Made by a program: the position numbers and the translations under genes
From: a virus
Lineage: Duplodnaviria > Caudoviricetes
Direction: 5' to 3' (one strand)
DNA: 64,000 nt
IMG/VR virus record: IMGVR_UViG_2754412371_000001
Location: 29,313-93,312 of that record
Shown: one piece after another, positions 38,001 to 46,461 of the stretch
Position numbering within the stretch: the stretch's first letter is position 1
Layout: every line of letters starts with the position of its first letter
The notes under the pieces: model-generated
Seen by the model: the letters and a program-made list of their open reading frames with translations, nothing else
Databases searched by the model: none
What the model was told of the DNA's origin: nothing

Positions 38001-39457
38001 GCCATCGACATCGCGAGACGCTTGTCCTGCTCGGCCGCCACGAACGCAGTTGCCGCGACCTCGCGCGCTTCGAGCTCGGCGAGCAACGTGACCTTCGCCG
38101 CGAGAATCTGCTCGTTGGCGGCGATCTCGCCGGCGATCTCGGCTTGACGGCGCGCGTCGATCGCGGCGTAACGCTTGTCGTTCTCGACGATGAGGCGTTG
38201 GTTGCCCGCGATTTCCGCGGCGAGCGCCTCTTGACGCGCTACGCTCTCCTCCCGAATCATCGCGATACGCTTTGCATCCTCGGCCCGAATCTGCTCAGAC
38301 AGGGAAATGCGCTTTTGCGCGACCAGATTCTCGGTCGCGAGCGAGTCAGTCGCGAACTGCCGGAACGAACCGACGAAGCTTCCAGCCGCGCCCGCGACAC
38401 CGCCCAGCACCCACTTCGTCGCCATTACGGCACCGAGCGCAGCGGCAGCCTCCGCGGCAAGCTTCAGCTGGTCCTTGTATTCGACAACCGTGCTGACGAG
38501 CGAATTGCCAGCCTTGATCGCGCCGACCAAGCCATCGCTCAGGTCATGAGCCCACTGCTTCGCTTCGGACGTATGGAAGACGTCCACCATTTCCGACAAC
38601 GACTTCTTCGCCGCATCGAAGAACCCGGCGTCGCCGACGGACTTCTTCCAAAGCTCCCACTGCGTGCCGAGCTTTTCCTGAAGACCAAGCCATGTCTCCA
38701 TCTGGGCGGCGCCGGCGCCCAGCGAGTCCAAATTGAACGCAGCGAGCATCTTGCCCACAGCGGACGATGCCTCGACTGAGCCCTTCTTGATCTTGCCGAT
38801 GAGCTGATCCATCGACAGGCCCATCGCGTCGGCCATCTTCTGCGCCGCGTTCGGGACTGCCTGCGACAGCTGCATGCGAAGCTCTTGCAGCGACACGCTG
38901 CCCTTACCGAGCATCTGCTGGATCGCGAGCGATGCTTCCTTCAGCTGCAGCGACCCACCACCGAACTTTGCAACCTCGTTCGTCAGTGCTTCAGCGGCAC
39001 CCCTCGCGGGATCGATGCCGACCGTCTTGAGCTTGACGAACATGTCGGTGAGCGACTGCATGCTGAACGGCACTCGCTGCTCAAGGCCCAGAATGAAGTC
39101 GACACCGCGCAGCGCATCGAGCTGGCGCTTCGCATCCGTGCTGGCGGTCGACAGCCCCTCCAGCACCTTCGTCAGCCGCTCGATCTGGCCGGACGTCTCC
39201 ATGATGCCGGCCGGAAGCGCGAGAAAGATCCCATGGACGTCGAGCATGGCGAACTTCACCGCGCCAACGGTTGCCACGAAGCTGTGGAACGAACCGCCCG
39301 CCTTCGACAAACTGCCCTGCAATGCCTCTACGGCCTGCCCTGTCGATGCGAACTGGCGCTCGAGCGCCTGGAGCTGCGCATGCGTGGCCCTCGCGGTTAC
39401 GCGAAAACCACTGTCATCCAGAATGAGGTTGTAACCAATGTCGCCCAGACCGTTCAT
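35051..39457 (-). CDS. Tail tape measure protein
   Basis: 1468 aa, Ala-rich helical; QMLGKGSVSLQELRMQL; FANGG..GEG..PEAFVPL. Confidence 0.93.
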   Translation of the reverse strand: MNGLGDIGYNLILDDSGFRVTARATHAQLQALERQFASTGQAVEALQGSLSKAGGSFHSFVATVGAVKFAMLDVHGIFLALPAGIMETSGQIERLTKVLEGLSTASTDAKRQLDALRGVDFILGLEQRVPFSMQSLTDMFVKLKTVGIDPARGAAEALTNEVAKFGGGSLQLKEASLAIQQMLGKGSVSLQELRMQLSQAVPNAAQKMADAMGLSMDQLIGKIKKGSVEASSAVGKMLAAFNLDSLGAGAAQMETWLGLQEKLGTQWELWKKSVGDAGFFDAAKKSLSEMVDVFHTSEAKQWAHDLSDGLVGAIKAGNSLVSTVVEYKDQLKLAAEAAAALGAVMATKWVLGGVAGAAGSFVGSFRQFATDSLATENLVAQKRISLSEQIRAEDAKRIAMIREESVARQEALAAEIAGNQRLIVENDKRYAAIDARRQAEIAGEIAANEQILAAKVTLLAELEAREVAATAFVAAEQDKRLAMSMASNSATAAQYAAQAKFTQEVEGRLASMRAEIALLTEEEALLRQRIATLNAVSAAERETAVAQGQLNAATSAENAILVEKNALLAATIAEERVALTAVQQMTTAQVAWKEATLGLQFAFNALGGWLTVLAGAIIGGIALWNSFAEAAKRAANAAIDAANIKRSIAQGAVAQSDLDRQDGHIADQKNKIADLNNQLAIAQKGQRVDSGWQAPDPERVKQLKSQITQEQAALQELVSQRAAAKKVLDASDLDANTYKYQTAYQRETDAKVAAIAKSGQNEVSAIKDKYDAIKKASGKGLSEEQQQAQGTEVAAAIKKGTEAIAKAYEARDAELRQRIKSVTGPDAEMQRAALQKELERVRQEGENQRSTFVAAMNSPNVWLEANKKKGGAARPPTDKLANRLGDLNVQIADAKAKLAQVVEGATEYDQLRAQAQEKVSAMIDAGQLNFVTHGKGGTSTKADINSEMAQKLVDQMTLLEILKNGRQQMQQLNARIAPLKAEYAQGMDQIAQGDFTTPTGKNDNSMLSFLEKLSTRSLEAAKDLAPLIDKMKEAQRVADQVDLMNFTRNVGKQMQTDQLSLIDGRAEKLQAQWAIEDAAWRREAADRLNKVAKQGQDVSEEQSIIDAADLVRAKKHARDLETPMQQLVTKWQQATDTMQQASVNWSNNTIDAFVNAAKTGRFEWQNLMEGIVADTLKASLQKKIGSSLQVGYDWLANGIGKLLGGNATPAPITTQGSAGAGLGMAGGLELQTSVSTLARGFTNLAMSSDKWGFSLADNVKGMLTGQTAQVTANNSLMTLANAAQIASSALAQIAGGSGGGSGIGGLFGALGSAFGLGGSSGASTAAASSASGWGVGSNSFGFTVPAFANGGVMTQFGVMNLRKYANGGIANSPQMAIYGEGSTPEAFVPLPDGHSIPVTMRIAGQQQSSSQSGGAPAVTVNVINQTGQQVQAQQGNTRFDGKQMILDVVLSASTTPGAFRDQMRGALK

Positions 39458-39464
39458 GCCCTTC

Positions 39465-39815
39465 CTACCATTGTTGCGACGCCATCATCTTTAGTTCTGC
39501 GAAACCGGCGTCATCACGCTTCTCGTTCAGGCGCGAGTTCGTCGCGTTCACCTGATCGGGGAAAATCTCGGTTCGGAGCTTGGTTTCGTATTCCTGCGCG
39601 GGCTCTGCGGCCTGGCGGGATACATGCAACATGAACGCGCGGAGATCTTCTTCCGCGAGCAGCCGGTTGATGTTGCGGTTGAGCATCCAGAAAGCACGAA
39701 TGGGAAGACCCATGACTTCCCAATAGGTCATGCTGTAGTGCCGCATGACGCGCGAAAACAGGAAGGGGAACTCGATTTCGACCTCCCCGTCGGCATCAGC
39801 GGCAGTTACTTTTTT
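39465..39815 (-). CDS. Tail assembly chaperone, frameshifted C-terminal part (gpT-like)
   Basis: The -1 frame from A-AAA-AAG (39809-39815) is open into MRHYSMTYWEV.. Confidence 0.8.
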   Translation of the reverse strand, partial: KKVTAADADGEVEIEFPFLFSRVMRHYSMTYWEVMGLPIRAFWMLNRNINRLLAEEDLRAFMLHVSRQAAEPAQEYETKLRTEIFPDQVNATNSRLNEKRDDAGFAELKMMASQQW

Positions 39816-40186
39816 GCGTCGCCGGCCCCCTCGCCGCTCTCTGCCGCGGCAGCAGCGACCGCCGCCTCGACGTCGGCTTGGTCCGGGTCGAACATGCCGC
39901 GAATGAACGCGCCGACCACCGACAGCTTCTCGAACGTCAGCTTGCGCAGCTCAGCTTCGGGCACGTCCGGCACCGCGCGCATGATCGCGACGATCGTCTC
40001 GTCCAGCTGCTTGAGGATGTCCGTCTCGCCTTCGAGGCGCTTGGCGGCCTGTTGCGCGTCGATAAACATTTCGACCGTCATGTCCTGCACTGCGTAGCTC
40101 TTGCCGCCCAGAGTGATCTGGCGCTGGGGCTGGCTCGTCGGCAGGTTGTCGAGATCGAGAATCTTGACTGCGGAGTTTTTGCTCAT
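39806..40186 (-). CDS. Tail assembly chaperone (gpG-like)
   Basis: Between major tail and tape measure genes; ends GCA AAA AAG TAA. Confidence 0.85.
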   Translation of the reverse strand: MSKNSAVKILDLDNLPTSQPQRQITLGGKSYAVQDMTVEMFIDAQQAAKRLEGETDILKQLDETIVAIMRAVPDVPEAELRKLTFEKLSVVGAFIRGMFDPDQADVEAAVAAAAAESGEGAGDAKK

Positions 40187-40232
40187 GCTCTTTCGCTTCT
40201 TGATGTGGGTGAGCCGGCTTGCGCCGGCCCAT

Positions 40233-40250
40233 TAAGTCGCCGCTGACTTA
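40233..40250. promoter_or_regulatory. 18-bp palindrome site
   Basis: TAAGTCG-ccgc-TGACTTA. Confidence 0.8.
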
Positions 40251-40267
40251 TCTAAAGGTGCGTATTT

Positions 40268-41113
40268 TTACACGGGTGCGGTGCCGATCGAGAACACCTT
40301 CCGTGACAGCGGGTCCGGGAAGCCAGTGAACGTCGTGTCGAACACGCGTTCCTTGTCCACCTGATACGCGTAGTTCATGCCGCCTGCCGTTGCAGCCAGC
40401 GGAATAACGAAGTCCTCGGAGTAGTCGTTTGCCGGCTTCGCCTGCGGGTGCAGACGGAGCTCGCCCGCCAGGCTCAGCAGGTCCAGACCGACGCCATCCG
40501 TCACGACCACGCTCTTCTGCGGATCCGCCCCGCCGGTGAGCGTAGCGCCCGACACCGTCACGCCGGCGCCATCGCTCGCCAGCGTGAATGCGTTGCCGGT
40601 GGCATCCTGCGCCTGTGCGGTCGCCGTCACCACCGAGCCTGCGGCCGCATAGCTGGCGCTCTTGACCTTCGAATCGGTCGAGGCGGCCAGGGCGGTCGCA
40701 ATCGCAGTTGCCTGCGCTGCCGTCGAAGCAGCGATCGCGATATCGGTCGCCGACGCTGCGTTCGCCTTGAACGTGAAGACAGTGCCGTTGACGGAGATCG
40801 TATCGTTGGCCGCCGGCAGCGCCGTGACCGTCAGCGAGCCCGTCGCCTTCGCGCCGCCCGTCGTGGTCAGTGTGGCGCCCGGCATCGTGGCGACGAGGTT
40901 GTCCAGCGTCGTTTCCGCCAGCGGCGCCTTGACCGTGACATCGCGCGACATGATGTTTTCGTTGATGGCGCTCTGGCCGAACTGGTCGACGTTGACCTTG
41001 TGGGTGTTCGTCTGGACCGTGACCGTCACGCCGCCTTGCGTATAGCCAAGATCCTGCCCCTTGTAGAAAATGGTGCAGATGCCCAGCTTTACGTTTTTGG
41101 TATCACTTGCCAC
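40268..41113 (-). CDS. Major tail tube protein
   Basis: DLGYTQGGV..VNVDQFG..PLAETTL; AGGAG RBS; position. Confidence 0.85.
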   Translation of the reverse strand: MASDTKNVKLGICTIFYKGQDLGYTQGGVTVTVQTNTHKVNVDQFGQSAINENIMSRDVTVKAPLAETTLDNLVATMPGATLTTTGGAKATGSLTVTALPAANDTISVNGTVFTFKANAASATDIAIAASTAAQATAIATALAASTDSKVKSASYAAAGSVVTATAQAQDATGNAFTLASDGAGVTVSGATLTGGADPQKSVVVTDGVGLDLLSLAGELRLHPQAKPANDYSEDFVIPLAATAGGMNYAYQVDKERVFDTTFTGFPDPLSRKVFSIGTAPV

Positions 41114-41143
41114 TCAAAAACTCCTTTGCAAAGGATGCGATGA

Positions 41144-41161
41144 TACGTCACCGCTGACTTA
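41144..41161. promoter_or_regulatory. 18-bp palindrome site (upstream of major tail)
   Basis: TACGTCA-ccgc-TGACTTA. Confidence 0.8.
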
Positions 41162-41166
41162 TTACT

Positions 41167-41550
41167 CTATCGGACAACGTAGGCGCAGTCAATGTTGACC
41201 ACGAACTCCTGCAGTCCCGATTGTGGGATCGGATAACCGATTGGCAGATGGCGCGGAATCACGTATTTGATCTGCGTGCCATCGTCGAGCGTTTCCTCGA
41301 GCATCGATGCCAGCGTGTTCATCGCGTCGTAGGCCAGCGCGCGCGCGGCGGTGTAGCCGTTCTTGCGCACGACAATTGCGAACTCGCCCCGATAGAACTT
41401 GGGAAGGTTCGGATCGATTGCCGTGCCCTTGTAGCTCTCCTTGAGCATGATCCCGTCGCAGCCCGCGCGCATCTCGTTGATGAAGATGCTGACGCCCGGC
41501 TTGCCGAGGTCCGCCGCGACGAGCTTCGGCACGAACATTTCCAGATTCAC
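41167..41550 (-). CDS. Tail terminator / head-tail joining protein
   Basis: Size and synteny. Confidence 0.65.
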   Translation of the reverse strand: MNLEMFVPKLVAADLGKPGVSIFINEMRAGCDGIMLKESYKGTAIDPNLPKFYRGEFAIVVRKNGYTAARALAYDAMNTLASMLEETLDDGTQIKYVIPRHLPIGYPIPQSGLQEFVVNIDCAYVVR

Positions 41551-42008
41551 TGCCCCTCCTCGTTGATGATGGCCTTGACCTTCTTGCCCATCGGGCCGAG
41601 CCGCGAACGCACCGCGCGTTCCATGAACTTGCCGCCCACCTTGCCCGAGCCGGCGTCCTTCGCGATCGAGCCGTCGTCGAGCTTGAACGCGCCCGTGCCG
41701 TAGGGCGCCAGCCCCTCGTGCATGATCGCGGCGTATTCGGCGACCCGCTTCCCGTGGGCGTCGACGGCTGCTGGGTCTACCTCAATCGTGACCTGTGTGC
41801 GGTTGTTCATCCCACCGCGGTCCTCGACAACGTGGATGGCTTCCTCCAGATCGCCGTCCTTGTGCGGCGCGTTCTCCCTCGCTAGGCGCGCGATCGTCTG
41901 CGCCTCGTCACGCATGACGGTCAGGATCTTGCGGCTCGAGCGCTCGCCCAGCTGTGCCAGTTGAGCGGCAAGCAGCTCAGTGCTGAAGTTGCTTTTGACT
42001 AGACCCAC
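41547..42008 (-). CDS. HK97 gp10-like neck/tail completion protein
   Basis: ARENAPHKDGDLE..YAAIMHEG..KFMERA. Confidence 0.75.
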   Translation of the reverse strand: MGLVKSNFSTELLAAQLAQLGERSSRKILTVMRDEAQTIARLARENAPHKDGDLEEAIHVVEDRGGMNNRTQVTIEVDPAAVDAHGKRVAEYAAIMHEGLAPYGTGAFKLDDGSIAKDAGSGKVGGKFMERAVRSRLGPMGKKVKAIINEEGQ

Positions 42009-42340
42009 GGCGTGCCCTCGATGACGTGGTGATCGAGCCGGCCGAACGTGTCATATTTTGGCTCGATCGACGTGATGCGAATCGTGATGTCGCGCGCCGT
42101 GAGCTTCGCGCCAATCGCTGCCGACGTGCGACGGTCAACCAGAATGCGCGCGACGACCGCGGCGTCTTCTGCGTGCTCGCCCGAGCCCGAGATCATCGCG
42201 CGCGAGTTGGTGGGTTTCACGCTCGACTGCGAGCGCACGATGTTGCACCCCTCCTGAACTGGCTTGCCGGCAATCGACTCGCCATAGAGGGTGTGCTCGA
42301 GCAGCGGAAAGATCGAGCAGACTGCGTTAGGCCGGAACAT
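41999..42340 (-). CDS. Head closure protein (putative)
   Basis: Size, beta-rich sequence, synteny; GGAGG before ATG 42340. Confidence 0.6.
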   Translation of the reverse strand: MFRPNAVCSIFPLLEHTLYGESIAGKPVQEGCNIVRSQSSVKPTNSRAMISGSGEHAEDAAVVARILVDRRTSAAIGAKLTARDITIRITSIEPKYDTFGRLDHHVIEGTPWV

Positions 42341-43091
42341 CGTCACCTCCATACGGACGCAGCTGCGCGTCCGAGTTCGGATGGAAGATCTCGTCGCGCA
42401 CCGACATGAAACCCAACCGGCCCTTGGCGCCAGAGAGCGACACCAGCAGGCCGTGGTTGTCGTGAATCTCGTCCGGGTAGGTCACCTCGACCAAATCGAC
42501 GCCGGCCGAGGCCGCAATCGTCGCGAACGTGTTGGCGTAGATGCCCTGCATCGCCCCTTTGACGAGCGCGGCAGCGTAGTCGGTTGTCTTCCATTTGCGC
42601 CCCAGCGTATCGAGCACGCGAAACGACACCGGCGCCTGGGCTTCGACGATGCGCGCCGCCACCAGCGCACCCGACATCGTGTTCGTGCCGGCCATGACAG
42701 CCAGGTCGACACGCGTCACGAAGTCGCGCACGCGGCGCGCAGCCGTCGCGGCGTTCTTCTGCGCGAGAGCGGACAGCGCACCCAGCAGCTCGGCACGCTC
42801 CTGGCGAACGAACTCGCTGCTGATGATCGTGCCCACGTCCGGGCTGGCGCCGGCGTGCTCGGCAGCAGCCGCCACAACGTCGCGCAGCGCCAGATCGATC
42901 ACTGCCGCCAGCGCGGTCAGATAGCCAGCCTGCGCGCTGAGGCACTCGCGCGTGTATTGCGAGAGCGTGCTAGGCGCGGTCGGCGCGGCACCATACACGA
43001 CGGACGCGGCGAGCCCGGTCAGGCCCATGTTGAAGCCCGTGGTGTGCCGAGCCACGTTCAGGCCCAGCGTATCGATGATGTGGTTCTTCAT
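42327..43091 (-). CDS. Minor capsid / head morphogenesis-like protein
   Basis: DTLGRKWKTTDYA..IFHPNS; start MKNHII overlaps the upstream stop. Confidence 0.6.
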   Translation of the reverse strand: MKNHIIDTLGLNVARHTTGFNMGLTGLAASVVYGAAPTAPSTLSQYTRECLSAQAGYLTALAAVIDLALRDVVAAAAEHAGASPDVGTIISSEFVRQERAELLGALSALAQKNAATAARRVRDFVTRVDLAVMAGTNTMSGALVAARIVEAQAPVSFRVLDTLGRKWKTTDYAAALVKGAMQGIYANTFATIAASAGVDLVEVTYPDEIHDNHGLLVSLSGAKGRLGFMSVRDEIFHPNSDAQLRPYGGDDVPA

Positions 43092-43873
43092 GAGCGGGAA
43101 AGGCGTGTGCGTTTGACGACGTAGCGCGACAGCTCCTTCATGGCGCGGTCGCAGATCAGCCGGCGGTTTGGTCGAACAGCCGAAAATGTTGTCGATGCAT
43201 CCCCGATCGTCTCGGAGACAATGCCCTGCAGTCGCTTGGCGAGGACAGGATCGCCGCCCAGCAGATCGTCGGCCTCCATGACCTGAGCGCGCTCGCACGC
43301 GACACGGAAGTCGATCGGCAGGGACATGTATTGCTCCTGCGAAAACTGGACGATCGAATAGATCCCGAACTCCGGGAAGATGAAGTTCTGCCAGTTCTCC
43401 GACCAGCGGTAGCGGTATTGCATCTGGCCGAGGTTGTTGCGCGCCTGAATCATGGCAGCGACGCGCTCGGATCGCGATGCCTGCACCCAGCCGGTCAGAC
43501 CCGGAATGTCGAGCGCGACGAGCTCGGCCTTGTTGAGCGTCTGGAACGAGTTGGTGCCGGGAATCAGCAGCTCCGTGCCCTCGAGCAGATATCGCGCATC
43601 CGTGAGGACACGGCCGGCAGCCGTGTCCATGAGCAGCTCGATCTGGCGCAGCGCGCGCACCTTCCCGGCGGGCAGCGCGTTGATGGCAGCCGGCACGGTG
43701 ACCGTCACCGATTCGACGATGGAGCCAAACGCGATCGACGTCTCATCGAGCAAGACAGCGCCCTCTTCATCCAGCACGCGGTAACTCACCGCGGTTGGCG
43801 TAACCGGGTTGCCCAGGCTGTCAACGAACGGAATCGTCAGGGTGACGTCCGACGCGGCGAGATACACGTTCAT
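43088..43873 (-). CDS. Head-tail adaptor protein (putative)
   Basis: GTNSFQTL..GIVSETIGDAS pattern; synteny. Confidence 0.65.
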   Translation of the reverse strand: MNVYLAASDVTLTIPFVDSLGNPVTPTAVSYRVLDEEGAVLLDETSIAFGSIVESVTVTVPAAINALPAGKVRALRQIELLMDTAAGRVLTDARYLLEGTELLIPGTNSFQTLNKAELVALDIPGLTGWVQASRSERVAAMIQARNNLGQMQYRYRWSENWQNFIFPEFGIYSIVQFSQEQYMSLPIDFRVACERAQVMEADDLLGGDPVLAKRLQGIVSETIGDASTTFSAVRPNRRLICDRAMKELSRYVVKRTRLSRS

Positions 43874-43876
43874 GGG

Positions 43877-44386
43877 TTACACCGCCTCGGCGACGCTCGC
43901 TTCGGCCGGCGCTACGGCTTCTGCCGCGGTCGTTGCCTTTGTCACCTTTGTCGCAACCTCCGGGCCTTCCGGCGCATCAACCGGCGGGATCGGATTGACG
44001 TCAACCTTCACGCCTTGCTTCTCGAGGATGAGACGGATCAGCTCGCCGATACCGGTCGCCTTCACGCCCAGCGTGTCGCCGATTTCCCGCAGCCCTTTGA
44101 TCCCGCGATCCGATGCGACACCTTCGAGGTATTCCTGCGAATACTCGACATGTGCTGCTGCCGGCGCGATGGTCGGAATGACGGCCATCGGCCGGGTCTG
44201 CGAATCGAGCACGAGTTGCGCCGTGCTCGGGTTCGAGCCGTCTTCGCGCTTGATCTTCACGATGTTGGCGAGGCGCCCGGCGGTGCGGTGGTCGACGTCA
44301 AACGCCGACTCGCCGTCGACGAAGTCAACGCCGCCAAACGAGCCGGTGAAACTCTCGTAGCCGGCCTGAACCATGCGGATCTTCAT
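43877..44386 (-). CDS. Head-associated hypothetical protein
   Basis: Follows the major capsid gene; GGGAG RBS. Confidence 0.7.
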   Translation of the reverse strand: MKIRMVQAGYESFTGSFGGVDFVDGESAFDVDHRTAGRLANIVKIKREDGSNPSTAQLVLDSQTRPMAVIPTIAPAAAHVEYSQEYLEGVASDRGIKGLREIGDTLGVKATGIGELIRLILEKQGVKVDVNPIPPVDAPEGPEVATKVTKATTAAEAVAPAEASVAEAV

Positions 44387-44412
44387 GTGGTGGAACTCCC
44401 TGTCCAAAACGG

Positions 44413-44443
44413 AAAAGGGGCATGGACTACATGCCCATGCCCC
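44413..44443 (-). terminator. Terminator after the major capsid gene
   Basis: ggggcatgg-N9-ccatgcccc plus TTTT on the minus strand. Confidence 0.75.
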
Positions 44444-44457
44444 GCATTCTACCCTCT

Positions 44458-44475
44458 TAAATCACTAGTGACTTA
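44458..44475. promoter_or_regulatory. 18-bp palindrome site
   Basis: TAAATCA-ctag-TGACTTA. Confidence 0.8.
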
Positions 44476-44484
44476 CCGTCAGGC

Positions 44485-45387
44485 TTAAATGTTGGTGACG
44501 CCGCGCAGACGAGCCAGCGAACGGGTCGACTTCAGAGCCGTGCCGCAATACCACTTCACGCGGATGCGGTCGGCGTCCTTGTTCTGCACCGTGCCGACGT
44601 CTTCGACGCGAATGCCCGCGTCCTTGCCGCCCCAGAGGCCGTGCATGCCGTCGAGCTCGTTCAGACGGACGGCATAGATCGAACACGTCTTGGCGTTCGT
44701 GCCCATCGTCTCGTCGTTCGCGAGCCAGTCGTTACGCAGGATCGGGATGCCGTTGTGAGCGAGCACCGCCTGGCCGAAATTCGGGATCTCGACCATCGCC
44801 GGCTGGATGCCGCCGGTCGCGTAGAGCAGCGCGCGGTATGCGCGGATCGTGCCCGGACGCATCACGAACGCGTCGGCGCCGTTGATGACCGCGTCGGCCA
44901 GCTCGTCCATCATCGACAGCGTCAGCGACGCACCGTTCGCGTCAGCGTCCAGCGTCATCGCCGAGGTGACCAACTGCGGCAGGCCGTCGAATTCCTTCGG
45001 GTTCTTCGCCGCGTTGCCCTGCGCGATCGTCTTCTTGAAGATACGGCCGACCGCCTTGGCCTTCATCGCGATCTGCGTCGCGCGCTGGTCGTTCGTATCC
45101 GAATCGGTTTCCTGCAGGAACTTGTCGACGTCCACGTCGCCCGCGAGGATGCGCAGCTTCGACACGACCTCGTCGAACGTGCCTGCGTCCTCGTTCACGG
45201 TGTCGTTCGGCGACAGGAAGTCAGCCGTCGGCAGCGTGTTCTCGCGGTCGTAGACGTAAGCCTTCCCGTTGATGCCGATGAAGGGGATCAGCGCGAAGAG
45301 CTCATCGCGTTCGATGATTTCCTCGATCACGCCGGCGACAAGCTGATTGTTCGACAGCTTCTCGGCTTCTGCTTGCAACAGAGGCAT
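44485..45387 (-). CDS. Major capsid protein (HK97 fold)
   Basis: ILAGDVDVDKF..EFDGL..GIPILRNDW..RVKWY; follows the scaffold gene. Confidence 0.9.
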   Translation of the reverse strand: MPLLQAEAEKLSNNQLVAGVIEEIIERDELFALIPFIGINGKAYVYDRENTLPTADFLSPNDTVNEDAGTFDEVVSKLRILAGDVDVDKFLQETDSDTNDQRATQIAMKAKAVGRIFKKTIAQGNAAKNPKEFDGLPQLVTSAMTLDADANGASLTLSMMDELADAVINGADAFVMRPGTIRAYRALLYATGGIQPAMVEIPNFGQAVLAHNGIPILRNDWLANDETMGTNAKTCSIYAVRLNELDGMHGLWGGKDAGIRVEDVGTVQNKDADRIRVKWYCGTALKSTRSLARLRGVTNI

Positions 45388-45413
45388 AGTTTTCCTTTCG
45401 AAAATAGCGATGA

Positions 45414-45431
45414 TAACTCATCGGTGACTTA
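45414..45431. promoter_or_regulatory. 18-bp palindrome site (upstream of major capsid)
   Basis: TAACTCA-tcgg-TGACTTA. Confidence 0.8.
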
Positions 45432-45473
45432 CTTTATCAGGAAGCCACCGGGTTTACAAGATCCAGGCGGATC

Positions 45474-46385
45474 TCACTTGTTGCGTGCCGCCAAGCCCGC
45501 CGCGATCTTCGAACGACCCGTGCTCACTTTCGACGCTTCGGGTTCTGCATGCGGCGTCTGTTTGCCCCCCGTCGAAGAACCGACACCGGTGCGCAGCTTC
45601 GACTTGCGCAGCGAATCCTTGTCCGGGTCGATATCGACGAGCTTGGCGATCGCGGCTTCGAAGCTCAGCGGCTCGCCCTTCGAGTCGACGAGCACCGCGC
45701 GGTCCTTCGCGCCGGCCGGCTTGTCGAATGCCACGACCGCGCCGTCCTGGAACTCGAAGTGCGCGCCGTAGACACGCCGCGCCTTGGCCGGCGACAGGGT
45801 CAGCTCTTCGTTGATGAACTTCGAATTGCCGAACGCATTGCCGACGGACAGCTCCGCGATCTGAGCCTCGAGATCGCGCGAACGCTGCTCGGCGGCGGTC
45901 AGCTTTTCATCGCGCTCGCGCAGCTCGGCGCTGTGCTGCTCGACCATCTGCGACTTGAGCGCATCCCACGCGCCCTTCGCCTCCAACTGGGCCGTCTCAG
46001 CGTCCTTGCGCTGCTTCACCAGCTCGCGCAGCTCCTTCGCGTCCAGGCCGTCGAATTCCGCGAGGCGCGCGTTCACTCGCGCGAGCTCCTCGGACGTCTC
46101 CTTCAGCTTGGCCTTTTTGTCCATCACTTCACGAAGCAGTGCGGCTTCCGCATCCGACGGCTTGCCCGAGCGCGACCCGGCCGGGTCGCCTTGGCCGCCC
46201 TCACCACCCTGACCGCCCTTGTTCTTGCCGCCGCCATCGCCCGCGCCGCCACCTTCGCCGCCTTCCGGTGCGCCACCGCTGCCAGCCGGACCACCGCCGC
46301 CGCCCTTGCCGCCGTCACCGCCGTCACCCGCCGCTGCGTCCATGTAGCCGCCGCGCACCATCAACTGCTTCAGAAACCAACTCAT
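45474..46385 (-). CDS. Capsid scaffolding protein
   Basis: Gly-rich N-terminus, coiled coil, basic C-terminal helix; between portal and capsid genes. Confidence 0.8.
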   Translation of the reverse strand: MSWFLKQLMVRGGYMDAAAGDGGDGGKGGGGGPAGSGGAPEGGEGGGAGDGGGKNKGGQGGEGGQGDPAGSRSGKPSDAEAALLREVMDKKAKLKETSEELARVNARLAEFDGLDAKELRELVKQRKDAETAQLEAKGAWDALKSQMVEQHSAELRERDEKLTAAEQRSRDLEAQIAELSVGNAFGNSKFINEELTLSPAKARRVYGAHFEFQDGAVVAFDKPAGAKDRAVLVDSKGEPLSFEAAIAKLVDIDPDKDSLRKSKLRTGVGSSTGGKQTPHAEPEASKVSTGRSKIAAGLAARNK

Positions 46386-46461
46386 GTTCTTGCCTACCTT
46401 TCGTTGACCGTTCTCTCGGTCGGGTTGTGTGATGGGCCTATCGCTTGGCCCGCTTTACTGC

